64,000 bases of DNA from Takakia lepidozioides (GCA_030704615.1 CM060734.1:11780001-11844000); one strand, 5' to 3'; positions 22,817 through 35,833 are shown, numbered from the stretch's first letter. The notes: generated by a model not told the origin, from the sequence alone. Translations and numbers: made by a program.

Positions 22817-25800
22817 ATGGCTCCGAATTCCTACGCTATAGTTTGCTGTCCTCCGCAACTTGGGAGAGCCTGGATCCCAAACGAGGGAGGACTTTGCAGA
22901 GTGACTGAAACTTACCTTTGTTCCAAATTCAAGCTCAAACCGGGCACAGTTTATTTGGAAGAAGAAAGGAAGGATGTTCCTGGACAGGTTGACGAGACCA
23001 TTGTCGTGCTAGGTAACGACGGAGGTTGCGGAATCGAATGGCACGTTCCCCCGTCAGACACCATCCTGTACCGAGCTGTGGGAATGCCCATTCCCTTTCC
23101 GAATCAGTCGCTGCCCACACCATCCACAAAGGAGTCCGGAAACCGAGAGGCGGCCACTGCCAACAGAGAGGTATGCAACGATAATCATTCCCGACCTGGA
23201 CCGTCAAGACCCTCCATAGCTTCTCGTGTGGACGTATTCGACATTTCCGACGAGGAAGATGATTGCATTGAGGTACCCATGTCCTCCACACGGTCGTTCA
23301 AATCCGGCATGGACGTCTCTGTAGGTGCTACGCATGTGCCCTCGAGCATAACTCCAACCCGGTCCATTGTGCAGCTCCTACGACAACATCACCTCGATGG
23401 TTCTCGCTCCGAGCTGGCTGCTCTCGACTATGCCAAATTCCCAGTCAGAAAGGTAACTTTTCTGCCTCCCGAAGTCGATGGCAATGTCATCTTCGAGTTT
23501 CCACCTGTTTCTTCGTCAAAGAAAGCCTCGGGGATGTTAACAGACATGGATCGAAAGCATGACGGACACCCCTGGTGTGTGACGAAGACCAGTAGCACGA
23601 AAATTGCTGATGGTGTTCGTGTACGATATGTCCTCTGTGCGGGGAAGCTGAGGTGCCTCAATCCCACCTGCTTCCACTTTCTCTCCAAAGGAGGGCGGAG
23701 AAACGAGACGGATTGGACTGGCACAACGCATCATCCATTCATTGTCTCCAGCCAAGCTCCTGCGGGTTCTTTCAAGTGTGCACATTGCAAAGAACCACCG
23801 ACGTGCATGTCCATGTGCAGAGCCAAGCAATATTACGTTATCCATTTGCTCCCGGACTTGACTAGAGCTTGCATACACGTTGGGGTCCACTGCCACCCCT
23901 TGGCGAGAGGCAACATGCGTGAGGCTGTGCAGGAAGCACAGACATCATAAAAGAGGAGGTGAAATTGAGCCCCGGAGCCAGACCAAAGCAGATTCAGCTG
24001 AAGGCAGCCCACAAGATTGCTCTTGGCAAAATCATGTCTGAAGATGGTTCCGACCGAGAGCCCTTGACCGAAGACGAGATGCGTGACCTCTTGGAGTCCG
24101 TCTCGCACGTTTGTAGTCCGAATGTGCGGAATCACATCGTATCTTGCAAGCAGGAGTTCGGCAGGGGGTCGGACATGTACTCAATCCTGGAGGTGAAACG
24201 AATGACTGGATATGACTACATCCAAGGTAGCAGGTTTCCAGGGCAAGGCAGCGAATCCGATCGTTGTTACATTTTCAAAATGTCGACGTGTGGGCCTGGG
24301 AGTGGAGTCGACTTGGTCACTCGCATGACAACTGGAAACTTGTCGAATGCTTGGGTGATGTTTGATCACATCAAGCGAATTACAAACCATCAGTGGGTGA
24401 CTATGGGTGCGCATGTTTATGACTATCACTCCAAGAGGCTCATGACGATTGCAATCTGCGAGATGAAAGGGGAGGACACACAGTCCGAGATGCATCTGTG
24501 GGAGGGCATAAACCAGCAGATGGCAAGGGCGGGATTGCCAGAGCCCAATTTCAGGGGATTCATGGCAGACAACGCTCAGGCCAACTGGGCAGCGGTGCGG
24601 CGTGTGTACGGTGAGGACCCCAATGTTCCAATGGAGGGGAAAGAGAGATCCTGTGGATTCCATTGGATGCAGAGTCTATCCCACTACACTACCAAATTTG
24701 TTGCTAGCTCATTCCAGGCTGAACACCGTGTCCTTTGTACGGCGTGGAAGGATGCACCCACATTTGATGACGCGGAGGTTAAGTTTGCTATCATCGAGGC
24801 TTGGTGGAACACGTCAGGTGCAGTGGAGACAACCAATCTGGGAGCATTGCACAGCTGGTTGGGGTGGTGGCATTTTCGGTATCGACAGTTCGGACAGTAC
24901 ATGCGGGAGGTAGGCTGCTGTCATTTTCGTTCATTTGTCTTTCTGTTACGGACATTTCGATTGGTCCCTCACCATTGTTTGTGTCCTTCTAGGAGCGGTG
25001 CTTGGATTCCGACACGGACATGCCGAACACGAATATGGCAGAATCGGTCCACTCCTCCTGGCGAGCGTCTTCTGCCGCACATCTGGTGGACGTAGTGACG
25101 GCCACAACGGAGGACATCGACAGAGCAATCATGCAGCAAGCCACGTACTACAAGTTCCTGAGCGGCAAACAATGGGGCTTTGGGCCGGACAGGGAGGAAT
25201 TGTTGGTACGAACAGCTTCGAGGTCCAAGAATCCAGTGAAATGGGCGACAGCATTGCGAGAGAAGATCAAAGGGACGCCTCTGCACCGCAGAGGTGAACA
25301 CCTAGAGGGGACGTCCGGACTCGCCCTGTCAGGCGGAGGATTGAAGAGGAACCCGGGTGCGAAGAGGATTCCTGGAGATCCGACAGGAACATTCGGACAG
25401 CACCTCGAGGTCCCGTCATGTTGCCGCACAATGTGTCTTCCAGCAGTGGAAGCCCAAGAAATTCCAGATCGCCGTCGCCTTCAACCGGGGATTTCGTGCA
25501 ACAAATTCCCACCGCTCCCTTGCCCCACATTCCGCCCGCTGTTATGCAGTATGGCCAAGCCATTGTGGAGACGACTGTGTCTGCCTCACAGTGGAGAATT
25601 GCTCGCACAAAGCCGTCGTTTCGAGGAAGGTGTTCCGCAATTCGTGTGGATACACGGCAACGTTGTTTAGAGATGATAAGGAGGAATCCAGATGGGGCTG
25701 TCCCTGCTCCTACTTTTACAGGAAGATTTGTCCATGCAAAGTTTGCGGAGGCGACAACCACCCAGTTCTGGTTCTGCAGGCACGACATTATGACTTGCGT

Positions 25801-26422
25801 GTATGGAAAGCCCAAGTACGGCATACAAACAATGCCAGAGGCTCCCCCGGTGTGGCCGGTGGAACCAGGCTGCGATCTGAGTCAGGTTGAGGCCGACGCC
25901 CTTACCGCCGCAGGATTTCGGATGGTGCAGCGCACTGACGTGCCCAGACAACCATTTCCGCTTCCACAGCCTCCACCACCGACCCCTGTGAGAGCAAGAA
26001 CAATGGGACACGACAGCTCTAAGCATCCTACACACCGTTGGGGGAAACCGAAGAGGCGGCGACCTCCCTCAAAAGTGAACGAGACAAGGATGGGGAATGC
26101 ACTTCGGATGAACTGTACAATCCAGAGCTCGACAGAAGTGCCCCCACCAGGATTCGGGCGTGTGTATCAGATGGCCACGGCGGGCTCAGCTGTTCGCAAT
26201 GAGGTGTACACCATCACCATTTCAGAATTACCCACCTGCAATTGCACCGACTTCCAGATCATGGCGAACAAGGGGGCATCATACTGCCCTTGCAAGCATT
26301 TGTACTACGTGTACCTAAAGAGACTCCGTTGTAATTCCACAACTCATCACTTCATACATGCACCAGGGTTGAGCCCCCAGGAGGTTCACACTCTTCTGAA
26401 TATGGATCCAGGGGACCAGTGA
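22817..26422 (+). pseudogene. GCM-MULE-SWIM transposase, nearly full length, two frameshifts (~23945, ~25300), one intron (~24911-24992)
   Basis: DGHPWCVTKTS; CAHC...C...CIHVGVHCHP; FDHIKR; FMADNAQA; CGFHW; TNMAESVH; SWIM CNCTDF...CKH. The intron is at the same position as in copy 1. Confidence 0.85.
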
Positions 26423-27265
26423 GCTTGGCTTGCGGTCCACATACAATGGTACGCCCATCGGATAGTAGAACTGTACTGCTGCCAGTACCTCAGACTCTGG
26501 CCACACAAAGGTCCGACATATGTCTTGCCTACCAGTAACCTGTTTTGATCGAACTAAGATATTACTATATCGTTCACTTGTTTCCACGTGCATGTATTTT
26601 TGTATGTTGGAGGGTTCATGTTTTTCTGCTTTCCGAAAACTTGCTCTCCTCATTCGACCTCCGACAAGGAAATGCGGCGCCGAATTTCCAAGTATCGTCG
26701 TAGGTACCCAGAGGCGGCCTTCGCCAACACCAAACCGCTCCGAAATTTCGCACGTGCGAACCCTAATGCGGCACCCTATTTCCCAGTTCAGTTGCAAACC
26801 TTTCCCGCCGAATACCCGAAGAAGACAGAATTGTGAAGTACTGCAGACTGTATTGGTGCAGACTCCATTGGTTCAATCGCGGCAAAAGGGTCAGCTTCAT
26901 TCCAATGTTAAGGCATGTAAAACCGCGGAATACTCTATACAGGCCAGTATGCGACGTCCTTTTGCAGTGGTATACTGGATTTCCCGTTGCACGGTCACTT
27001 ATTTCCATGAGCGGATCTATAAAACCATGAGCGGACTTGTTACTGACGACATATCTTCGCCGCATTACATGATCTGGAACGTCCAAAAACGGCAAGGTCA
27101 AATAAAAAACTATTATTTTAATACTTGTTTAATCTGCCGCATTTCCAAATTTGGAGGAGTCCGCTCATGAAATCCGCGTATCTTAGACTTCGGCTCACCG
27201 CTCATGCGGCTCATGCGGCTCATGGCTCATGGCTCATGGTTTCTGCTCATGAAATAGTAAACCTC

Positions 27266-28469
27266 TACCAAGGTTTGTGCGGGTATGAAAGAAGTGTCCT
27301 TGAAGAATGCTCAGTCTGCACTCCAGAAAACAATCACATGGACTAAGAAGTCCAGGAAGGGCCATCAGGAATGGGATCGAGCTTGTATCGACGCAGGCTT
27401 GCCTACCAGAAAGCTCAAGACGCCAGTAAAAACAAGGTTCGTCAGCACAGTTGTGCTATTTCAAGAAACACTGGCTTACACAAATGCGATTAACATTTGC
27501 TATGGCAGGCAGAGTTTGTTGCTACAGGCTCGGGTGCCTTCTGGCCTAACATGGGCCATAGCTCATGCTGTGACGGAGACCTTGAATCTAACTCAGTGTG
27601 TTCTAAACCAGACCTGTGGGTACTGGTTGTTGTCCGATGCTTTGCATGTAGCTATTATGATCTCCATTAAGTTAGCAGGTGAGGCCAACCGACGTGCAGG
27701 GGCTGTCCCAGAATTACGATATGGAGACTCGGATTCAGAACTTGAGATCTTGTATTGCAAAATGGTTCAGGAGGCTGTGAATGTCCTGAAGCCTTTTCTT
27801 GCATTTGCTATTTCTTTTCAAGCTGATAAGACTCACAACATGGTTGCCCTTATGCTTGATCCACGCTTCAAGGGATTACAGTGTGTGACTGAGTTCATTA
27901 GAAGGGACAAAGCCAAAATTGTTGTTCAGGAATATGACAATAAGGCTGTAATTCCTTTGCTTGTGAAAGCTTGTAAAATTTTGAATCCAGGTGTACCAGC
28001 TGTGGCAGGCCCAACGCAAGATGCACAGGCTGATTCTTTGTTTGATGCTCCAGTCAGCACAGAGGAAGCAAGCGAGGGTTTGCTGCGGTCTGAGTTGTCC
28101 CTTTTTCGACGACTTGTTGTGAAGGAGGAGGAAGCAGCTTCTCCTTTGCAATGGTGGAAAGCAAATGCTTCAAGGTTCCCCAATGTGTCATTCTTGGCCA
28201 AGCAGATCTTAGCCATCCCAGGTAGCCAGATTGAGACTGAACGTATTTTTTTGGTGGCAGGAGTCCTCACTAGTTTACGTCGCTGTAGATTAGGGGTTAG
28301 AAATTTGGATGCTCTAATTATGATTTACAAGAATTGGCCAAGTGATGCACGTATGGGGTGCCCACTGGCTAAACAGTCAGTTTCAGAATATTATTCTGCA
28401 GAAGCTGAACTGCTAGAGGAGTGTGAAGATGAGCTGGGGGAGGCTGGCTTGTTTGAAGAAGAAGAGTAG
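27266..28469 (+). mobile_element. hAT transposase C-terminal half with dimerisation domain, 5'-truncated by copy 2
   Basis: KTPVKTRF; MLDPRFK; PLQWWK...FPNVSFLAKQILAIPGSQIETERIF..AG...RCRL. Confidence 0.9.
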
Positions 28470-29559
28470 AGTGCTCTGATTTTGCCATTCAAAAATCTGC
28501 TTTAGGCTTGGAGCATTGTCTCATTTATCAGCCTGTAATATAGCTCTTGTAAGGTGAACTCAAATTACCTAAGGTGAGATCCGGCTCCTTGTTATTATGA
28601 ATTGCGGCACTCAGCTGCTGAGGTGAGCACTTCAGCCGCTGAAGTGATCACCTCAGCGGTATAATTTGGACATATTTTTATTTTTCAGTTTTAAAATAAT
28701 AAATAATAAATAATAACTGTAATGATACCAGTATTGATATACCCCCAATATAAGATTTGAAATTTGAAATATTGATACCATACCATACCAGGCCAAACAA
28801 AAACAATATACATACCAGACTGGTACATTAAAAGCTACCTACCTTGATACCATTATCTGCCAGGTATGAAGGAGGCCTCTTCACCGACAATACCATACCC
28901 TGGCTGGTATGAAATGTTGATGATACCGGTCCAACACTGGTAGAGACCACTGTAATTTTCTTTACTGACATGCCAAGGCTTAGGAGAGGGTAATTGAAAG
29001 AAATCCACATATGATGTGGGAATGAATGAAGAAAACAGGGAAAAAACTAAGCAAGACAGAACTGAAAGATTAGAAAGATATGCAGGAGGAAGGGAAGCTC
29101 GATTAAGATTAGAGTTCCCAAAATTGTAGAACTTCAATATTCTCCCATGAGAGACATCTGGACAAGCTAACACTGATAATCCAGAAGATCAGTAGACCAG
29201 GTCTCCAGAAATTGAGAATACCACACCAGAAGGAGCTGCGAGTAATACACTCAGCGAATGGTTACCACAGGAAAGATCTGAAGGACCTTCCACAGTTACA
29301 AGCCCAAATCGAGGTTTTACTGAATTATTGGAAGAGAAATTTGAGGATCTTTCAAGTGAAGAAGGCGAAAGAATTGAAACCACTACTCCAAAAAAAAAAA
29401 TCAGAATAGCACTAAAAGCTTTTAAAGATTCACTAAGTTCAGTTGGAACAGCAGCCAGTAAGCGGCTATCCTTAGGACAAGGACCTCCCAGCTTTGAATC
29501 TTTCTTTGGAAGACAAACATTGGGTAACACCACTAATATTGACGATCCCAACACCAACA

Positions 29560-29960
29560 TAGTCAACAGCAGCTGGACCATTTCAGTTTGGACAACCAGT
29601 AGCACCAGTTGCGCCAGTAGCACCAGTTGCGCCAGCAGCACCAATGGCTTTGGCAGCTAGCAAAACCCGACCACCATTTCCCCTGTATGATGGGAAATCT
29701 GATCCAGATATTCATCTCAATCAATTTGAGAACACGTGCACCATTTTCAATGAAGCAACAGATCAGGAGTTGTTTCCTTGCTCAATGGCCAGGAAGGGCA
29801 TTGAGTGGTTGGCAACATTCCCAGCCAACAATTTTGCAACCTGGGCTGATATAAAAACAGCCTTTCAAGAAAGGTATCGATCCAACAAATCCACATCTGA
29901 AATCTTCACAAGATTACAGAATTTGAGACAGAAAAAAAAAGAACTGGTAGTTCCATTGAT
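29560..29960 (+). mobile_element. Ty3/gypsy gag fragment
   Basis: FPLYDGKSDPDIHLNQFE...EWL...TWADIKTAFQERY. Confidence 0.7.
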
Positions 29961-30029
29961 GAACCATGACTTCTGCAAGTCATCCCCTGGTGCTTGAGGT
30001 AGCTTTCTGATCAGAGTCTTCATCCTCTC

Positions 30030-30812
30030 CAGGTAGTCATATATAGGTGTAGGGCTCGTTTGGGCCTAAGAAAGAGAAGGGTTTTTGTTGGTAATGTATG
30101 TGGAGTTTGCAGTGGGAGGCTATGGTGGATTTTGTGAGTTTGCTGCAATGTGTGGCGGCAGTGACTGCACATTTGTGGAGGCTGAGCTCCATGCCAGACC
30201 ATTGGTTGAAGCGGGGCAAGTTTGTCCACCTGTTGGTTAAGATGTTGAGGTTTGTGTGCAAGTATGGCAAGGTCGTCAGCATAAGCTGCTGCAGTGATTT
30301 CATTAGGGGAGGTTTTGTACTGGTAACCAAGGTTTTCACGGGTGAGCCATCTGAGCAGGGGTTCAAGGAATATGATGAAGAGATAAGGGCTCAGAGTGTC
30401 ACATTGAATGTTTCCACGAAAGATGGAAATAGGAGGCGTGGAACCATAGTAAGAACCAGCGTATTCTGTGGTGCTGTTGGTGTAGATGTTACCAATGAGT
30501 TCGATAGCATCTGTAGGGTATCCTAAATTTGTCATGATGGCGAGCAGGCGGGGGTGGTCTAGGGATCCGAAGGCATTTTTGAAGTCGATGCAGAGAAGAT
30601 AAATGTCTTGTTTGGTGAGTTTTGCATCTTCCAGAGCTGACAGGACATATTGTATCTGTTTGGTGGTACTCCGCGTAGCACAAAAACCTTCTTGTGGGTC
30701 GCTGAGGATCCGGTGTTGTTCCCCATAGGTAGACAGCATTGTTGTCAGGGTGCTAGTGAATAGTTTATATATAGTGTTAGCTAGTGCGATAGGCCTGTAG
30801 TTACCACGGTCC
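30030..30812 (-). mobile_element. Non-LTR retrotransposon RT fragment (non-L1 type)
   Basis: NYRPIALANTIYKLF..PQEGF..IDFKNAFGSLDH..QCDTLSPYLF..AYADDL. Confidence 0.85.
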
Positions 30813-31385
30813 GAGGGCAGCAAAGGCGTGAGCAGAACCCGTGAGCAGATTCCCCTAAGCGAGGAGTCATGAGTTCACCGATCAGCCGAACGCGGACAGA
30901 GCGGCAATGCGCCTTCTATACAGGTAAACCTCCTGGGCTCTTATTACATTCGTACCCATTTTCTATGTCGCCCAATTCTTTGGCATGGAAATGGTTGTCC
31001 CAAAGTTCCATGAGTGCCTATATCCAGCTTGGGGCCCAAAACGGCTAAGTCCCATGAGTGCCTATATCCGACTCTGGAAAAATGGCGCCACATTTCCAGA
31101 TTCGGGCAAGGCCACCCCTAGTGGACTTGGCCATTTTCGGCCGCACACTGGAAATTCGGCGCCATATGGATGCTTGGGGCCCAAAATGGCTAAGTCCCAT
31201 GACATCGGAAGGTACTCGGGGACTTAGCCATTTTGGCCCCCTAGACTATAAATTCGGCGCCATATATCCAGGTTGGGGCCCAAAACGGCTGTCCCATGAG
31301 TGCCTATATCCGACTCTGGAAAAATGGCGCCGCATTTCTAGATTCAGGCAAGGCCACCCCTGGGACTTAGCCATTTCCAAGGCAG
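30813..31385. mobile_element. Terminal fragment (copy 5) of the GCM-MULE family
   Basis: Starts GAGG-N11-GTGAGCAGAACCCGTGAGC. Contains GGAAA..GGCGCC..TTTCC palindromes and GGGCCCAAAA.GGCTAAGTCCC, also found at ~46600. Confidence 0.65.
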
Positions 31386-31734
31386 CAACTATTAGAGCTT
31401 GTCAGGCTCGTAGATTTGTCTTGGATTCTGCTGAGGAAAGTGGGGGAGAAGAGGCAGAGATTCCCAGGAGGTGAGGTGGACGGTTCCCCAAGGAGAGGAC
31501 GGTATTTTTGAGAGGCATAGTGGAAGTGATGCATCTCAGATGTCAGGGGATGAGGGGGATGAGGAGGCAGGTGGGGCAAGTTCCTCGGAGGGTGTAGGAA
31601 AGGAGGATAGTAGTTCCCATTTCGGCTATGACAGTTAGGACAGTTGTATAGATGTGGCTCGCCACAAAATTTGCAATAAAATGTTGCATTTCATTGCTAT
31701 GATGAGTCCAGTGGTGCTGCACCAGCAGCAACAC

Positions 31735-32726
31735 AATTGATAAATTCAGGCACTGCTAATGAAGGCACCTTCTTCAACACATTTCACCCTGTTTTTCCCT
31801 CTTATCAGAATCGGCCCTGAATTTTCATGCTGAATTCTGCAAGTTAGTTGGTTGAGTGAACCTTTGATAGTTTGGAGTGACTGACTGATACTGCCAATGT
31901 GACAACAGGAAAGTATCCAGAAACAGGTCAGAGACAAGGAGACCAGGAGCTGTGGAATGAATACTTTTCTGACCCCAGTCAATGGTGGGACAATCAAGGC
32001 AAAAAGGTACATGCCTGTTGGATTACAGAGAGTAGCAAATGCAATTGAGCATAGGAACTAGTGTGATAAGTTGAGTTGGGCGTTTCCTAGAACAATTCTA
32101 GGCTTTCATTGTTAGCTGCTAGTAGCAAGACAAGGGTGAATGCATGATTTGTGCAGAGGCGTGGATAGCTGAAGGAGCAGGGATAGAGTATGGGTCTAGC
32201 TTCATCGAAGAAGGCCGAACTTCAAGCTCCAGATTACCTATGATTCCCTGTTGACCAATAGCTACTAGCAACTTGCATGGGTAGATGGTCAACTGGAAGC
32301 TGCAGCAGCAGCTGCGGAATTGATAAAATCAGGCACTGCTACTCAAGGCACCTTCTTCAACACATTTCACCCCGTTTTTCCTTCTTATCAGAATCAGCCC
32401 TAAGTTTCCATGTTGAATTCTGCAAGTTAGCTGGTTGAGTGAACCTTTGATAATTTGGAGTGACTTTGACATGATACTGCCAATGTGACAACAAGAAAGT
32501 ATCTAGAAACAGGTAACAGAGATGAGGAGAAGCTGTGGAATGAATGCTTTTCTTACCCAGTCAATGGTGGGACAATCGAGGCAAGAAGGTGAATGCCTGT
32601 TTGATTTTGGAGAGTATACGTAGCATATGCAATTGAGCATAGGAACTAGTGTGATAAGTTGAGTTGGGTGTTTCCTAGAACAAATCTAGGCTTTCATTGT
32701 CAGCTGAGCTAGCAGCAAGGCAAGGG
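31735..32726 (+). pseudogene. ~400-bp direct duplication, each copy with an exon encoding an OSB/PDF-like motif (LWNEYFSDPSQWWDN.GKK|GT)
   Basis: 31735-32136 is similar to 32317-32726. The motif resembles the LW..FF..P..WWDNR..K repeat of plant organellar ssDNA-binding proteins; the second copy is frameshifted. Confidence 0.55.
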
Positions 32727-33018
32727 TACTTCCTCGGTACTTTCTAGCCTGGTGAGGCATTTGGGCAATCCCCCTTTTCTGTATGCCTAGAGTCAGGCAC
32801 ATTTTGAGGAGAATTTTCCTTGTTTTAATTTGATTAAATGGGCCTTCAAACTCTTTTTGCCAATGAATACTTTTCTACACCAATGTGAACTATCACATGA
32901 AAGTTTTTCCACACTAGTGTACAATAACCCACATGTAAGTAACCTCACACATGACACCTGTCAAAAATACTTATATGTAGTTGGCCTGACATCATCCAGT
33001 TGTCAATATATTAAAAAA

Positions 33019-33190
33019 ATGTATGACGCCTCCCGAAGGGAGCGTAACTTATGGTGTCTCTTCACCACAAGGGCTACTGCCTTCCAGCTGAAAGGTGGAC
33101 ACCTTCATGACACACCAGACCGTGGTTTGAACCCACAACCACATCCAACGTGGTATGTGCCCATAACCACTGGGCTACATGCTGGTTGTC
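33019..33190 (-). mobile_element. tRNA-derived SINE-like insertion
   Basis: Minus strand has A box TAGCCCAGTGG and B box GTTCAAACC, and a T-rich 3' end. It is flanked by duplicated CAATATATTAAAAA and absent from the paralogous repeat at ~33355-33385. Confidence 0.6.
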
Positions 33191-33199
33191 CAATATATT

Positions 33200-33724
33200 A
33201 AAAACAAAAATTAATTCCATTTAATTTTTCTGAACCTATGTGGCAAAATCGCCGACTGCCATGTGTCTGCCACGTTGTCCAGCAGGGTGTGAGTTTGGTG
33301 TAGAGTATTGCACACAGGTGTATTATAACTTACATGTAGGTTGCCTGACTTCATCCAATTATCAATATATTATAAATAGAAATTAATTTCATTTAAATTT
33401 TCTGAACCTACGTGGCATAAGCGCCGACTGCCATGTGTCTGCCACGTTGTCCAGTAGGGTGTAAGGTAAGCCGTCAAAAGCTTCAGTCGAAACGGGTGTA
33501 AGAAAAGCCAGTCAAACCGGGTGTAAAAAAAACCATGTGAAAAAGGCTAGCTAGGCCGGGCGCCACGTCCGCGTGTAGATGGGTGTAAGATGGCTTTTTC
33601 GGCGGCACTAGCTTTTTCTACAAGGTGGCGGAATCAACACGGTTTACCTGACACCCAAGGGGGTGTGAGCAAGTGGTTTTTTTTACACCTGCAGGTGTAA
33701 AAAAAGCCAGTTTCTCTTGTAGTG
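33200..33724. mobile_element. CACTA-like right end with GGTGTAA subterminal repeats
   Basis: Ends ...TTCTCTTGTAGTG; repeated GGGTGTAA/TTACACC motifs. Confidence 0.55.
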
Positions 33725-34438
33725 CATGGTGTAATAAATCAGACACATTTATATTGGTTGTAAGTTGGTTCTGGAGTGATATCTCGAGGTTAATTTCTGT
33801 TCCATGGCATGTTTACACCTGTCCGGCTGATGGGTGGACTTTCTTTAAAAGAAAATAGGTTTATGACCATGTTGCATGCCTGACAATCAGTTCCAACAAC
33901 TCTCCTTTTCTGCTTGGTAAACTACTCTGCAGGGTATTTGAGAAGGCTGTTGTAAAAGTTTGAAAGCCCGCTGTGGCTCTTGAGGAATGTAACCTGCTGC
34001 TAGCTGATATCTATTGAGCATGCCTTTCATTCTGGCAGGGTGCTGATTTGGACTTCACAAAGTTTTAAGGCCATGTCTTGCTTTTGATAAGTCAAACAGA
34101 CCTGTTTATAGCTTGATGGCAGGCTGGTTTTTAATGTGATTGTTTTTCACTATGGCATGGGGTTGATAGTGCTTTGAAACAACACATCAAGACCTGATGT
34201 TCTCTTTCTTAATGGCCATACAGCCCTATGTATGTTTATGTTACTTAGAAACTACTATACAAGTGTTTAAGCATGGTGTAATAAATCAGTCACATTTATA
34301 TTGGTTGTAAGTTGGTTCTGGAGTGATATCTCCAGGCTTAATTTATGTTCCATGGCATGTTTACACCTGTCCGGCTGATGGGTGGTGGACTTCTTTAAAA
34401 GAAAATAGGTTTATGACCATGTTGCATGCCTTACAATC
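33724..34438 (+). repeat. ~165-bp direct duplication (33724-33888 and 34271-34438)
   Basis: GCATGGTGTAATAAATCAG...ATGTTGCATGCC occurs twice. Confidence 0.85.
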
Positions 34439-35109
34439 CCCACCCTCCCACCCAGAGGTTTCAGATACCCTGAAATCTATAAAAAAAAAAACAGACGACC
34501 GCCAGAATTGGCGGTCGCTTAATTTTGAAAATAAAAAAAATTGGCGGTCGCTTGAATATACAAATATATAAGTTAATCAAATCAGAAGCTGAGTTTGGAA
34601 GAAGTTGTTAGATAGTGCCTTCTATGAAGGTTGATTTGTCTTTTTCTTGACAATGACTTTATAAGTCTTGTCTATGACATAGTATCTTCCCTCTCTTCCT
34701 TTGACCAATGTACTTAGTGGTGTTTGTACACGCCATCTCTCAATCTCCTTCCTTGCTCTAGTTTTTTTTTTTTTTTTTTTTCTGATTGAAAGCTGGCTCG
34801 GATTTTCATAAGATTCCTTGAACATGGGCACTTCCTTGGCCTTTACTTCCCTCTACAAGAGCTTGTGGAAAAGCTACAAGGTAACTTGAAAAAACTCTTG
34901 ATTCCATACTTGTCAAATTTCATTTACGTTAATATGCCAAAAGATTTCTCTTAAACTGTGAGAGGAGATTGTAGGTCCTCTATCCCTTTGGAAATTGTGG
35001 GCTAAGTACTACCAAATCCGCTAAGATATCAATCAGTTTGTAAGGTTTCAGAAGAAATTATACTGGGACAAGCTATACAACACTGAAGTACGGCTTGAAG
35101 TACTCGTCT

Positions 35110-35833
35110 TGTCGCGCACCTCACTTCGGTAAGCTCCCCTTCAAGTCATAGTTACTCGCTTTGATGCGCGCGCCTAACTCCCAACCTAGCCACCGGGCCA
35201 ACTCGGAGCTTCGGCTGCTCACCGGACATAACGGTCCCCTTTCTTCCCCCAACAGACCCTCCACCAATTTGGGCCTAGTGGAAATTCCCTTTGGTAGATG
35301 GCAGTCCGGAATAGCTCCCCACTCCTTGGTCGCTTTCCGGCTCGCTCGCTTACTCACTAGTTTTTGGTCACCAACGGGCTTGCACCGTTCTCGGGGTTAC
35401 TACTCCCTATATATACTTCTGTGACTGTCCGCAGGGGGTTCCACAAACAACACCATCCTTTTATGGCGAACCACCACGAAGACCCTCGATTCCCGGTGAT
35501 GAGTCGCGGTGAGTCTTGGCCCACCCACCACGGCCCCATTGGACCATGATGAGTCCCAAGACTCCCCACGACTCCCACCACAAGGTCTCCGCCCCATGGT
35601 GAGTCCTATGCCACCCCCGCTAAGTCCCGCTAAGCTACCACCACCCCTCGTGGAACCACCCCCACCGCAACCCGGTGTGCGGGGCTCCACCTAGTGAGCG
35701 CCTCTGCCTCCTTGAGTGCCTTGGGCACTCAAGGGTGCTTCAGCCCCCGCATCTATTGTTGCCACCGCCCCCACCACAAGGGCAGCCCCTCTCGTGTCCC
35801 GACTCCCTGCCCTCAAGGCAAAGGGCCGCGACA
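35110..35833 (-). mobile_element. Solo LTR of the gypsy family at 48437, 5-bp TSD CGTCT, inserted in a LINE
   Basis: TGTCGC...GCGACA termini, reverse homolog of 48437-49161. TSD at 35105-35109 and 35834-35838. The empty site is visible in the sister LINE at ~38690-38705. Confidence 0.92.

Larger units (their letters stand above)
21389..27265. mobile_element. Copy 2 of the family (left part lost in the gap): palindrome array, transposase, terminus
   Basis: Transposase homologous to 1364-4836. The right end is (GCTCAT)n...GCTCATGAAATAGTAAACCTC, abutting a truncated hAT ORF. Confidence 0.8.
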
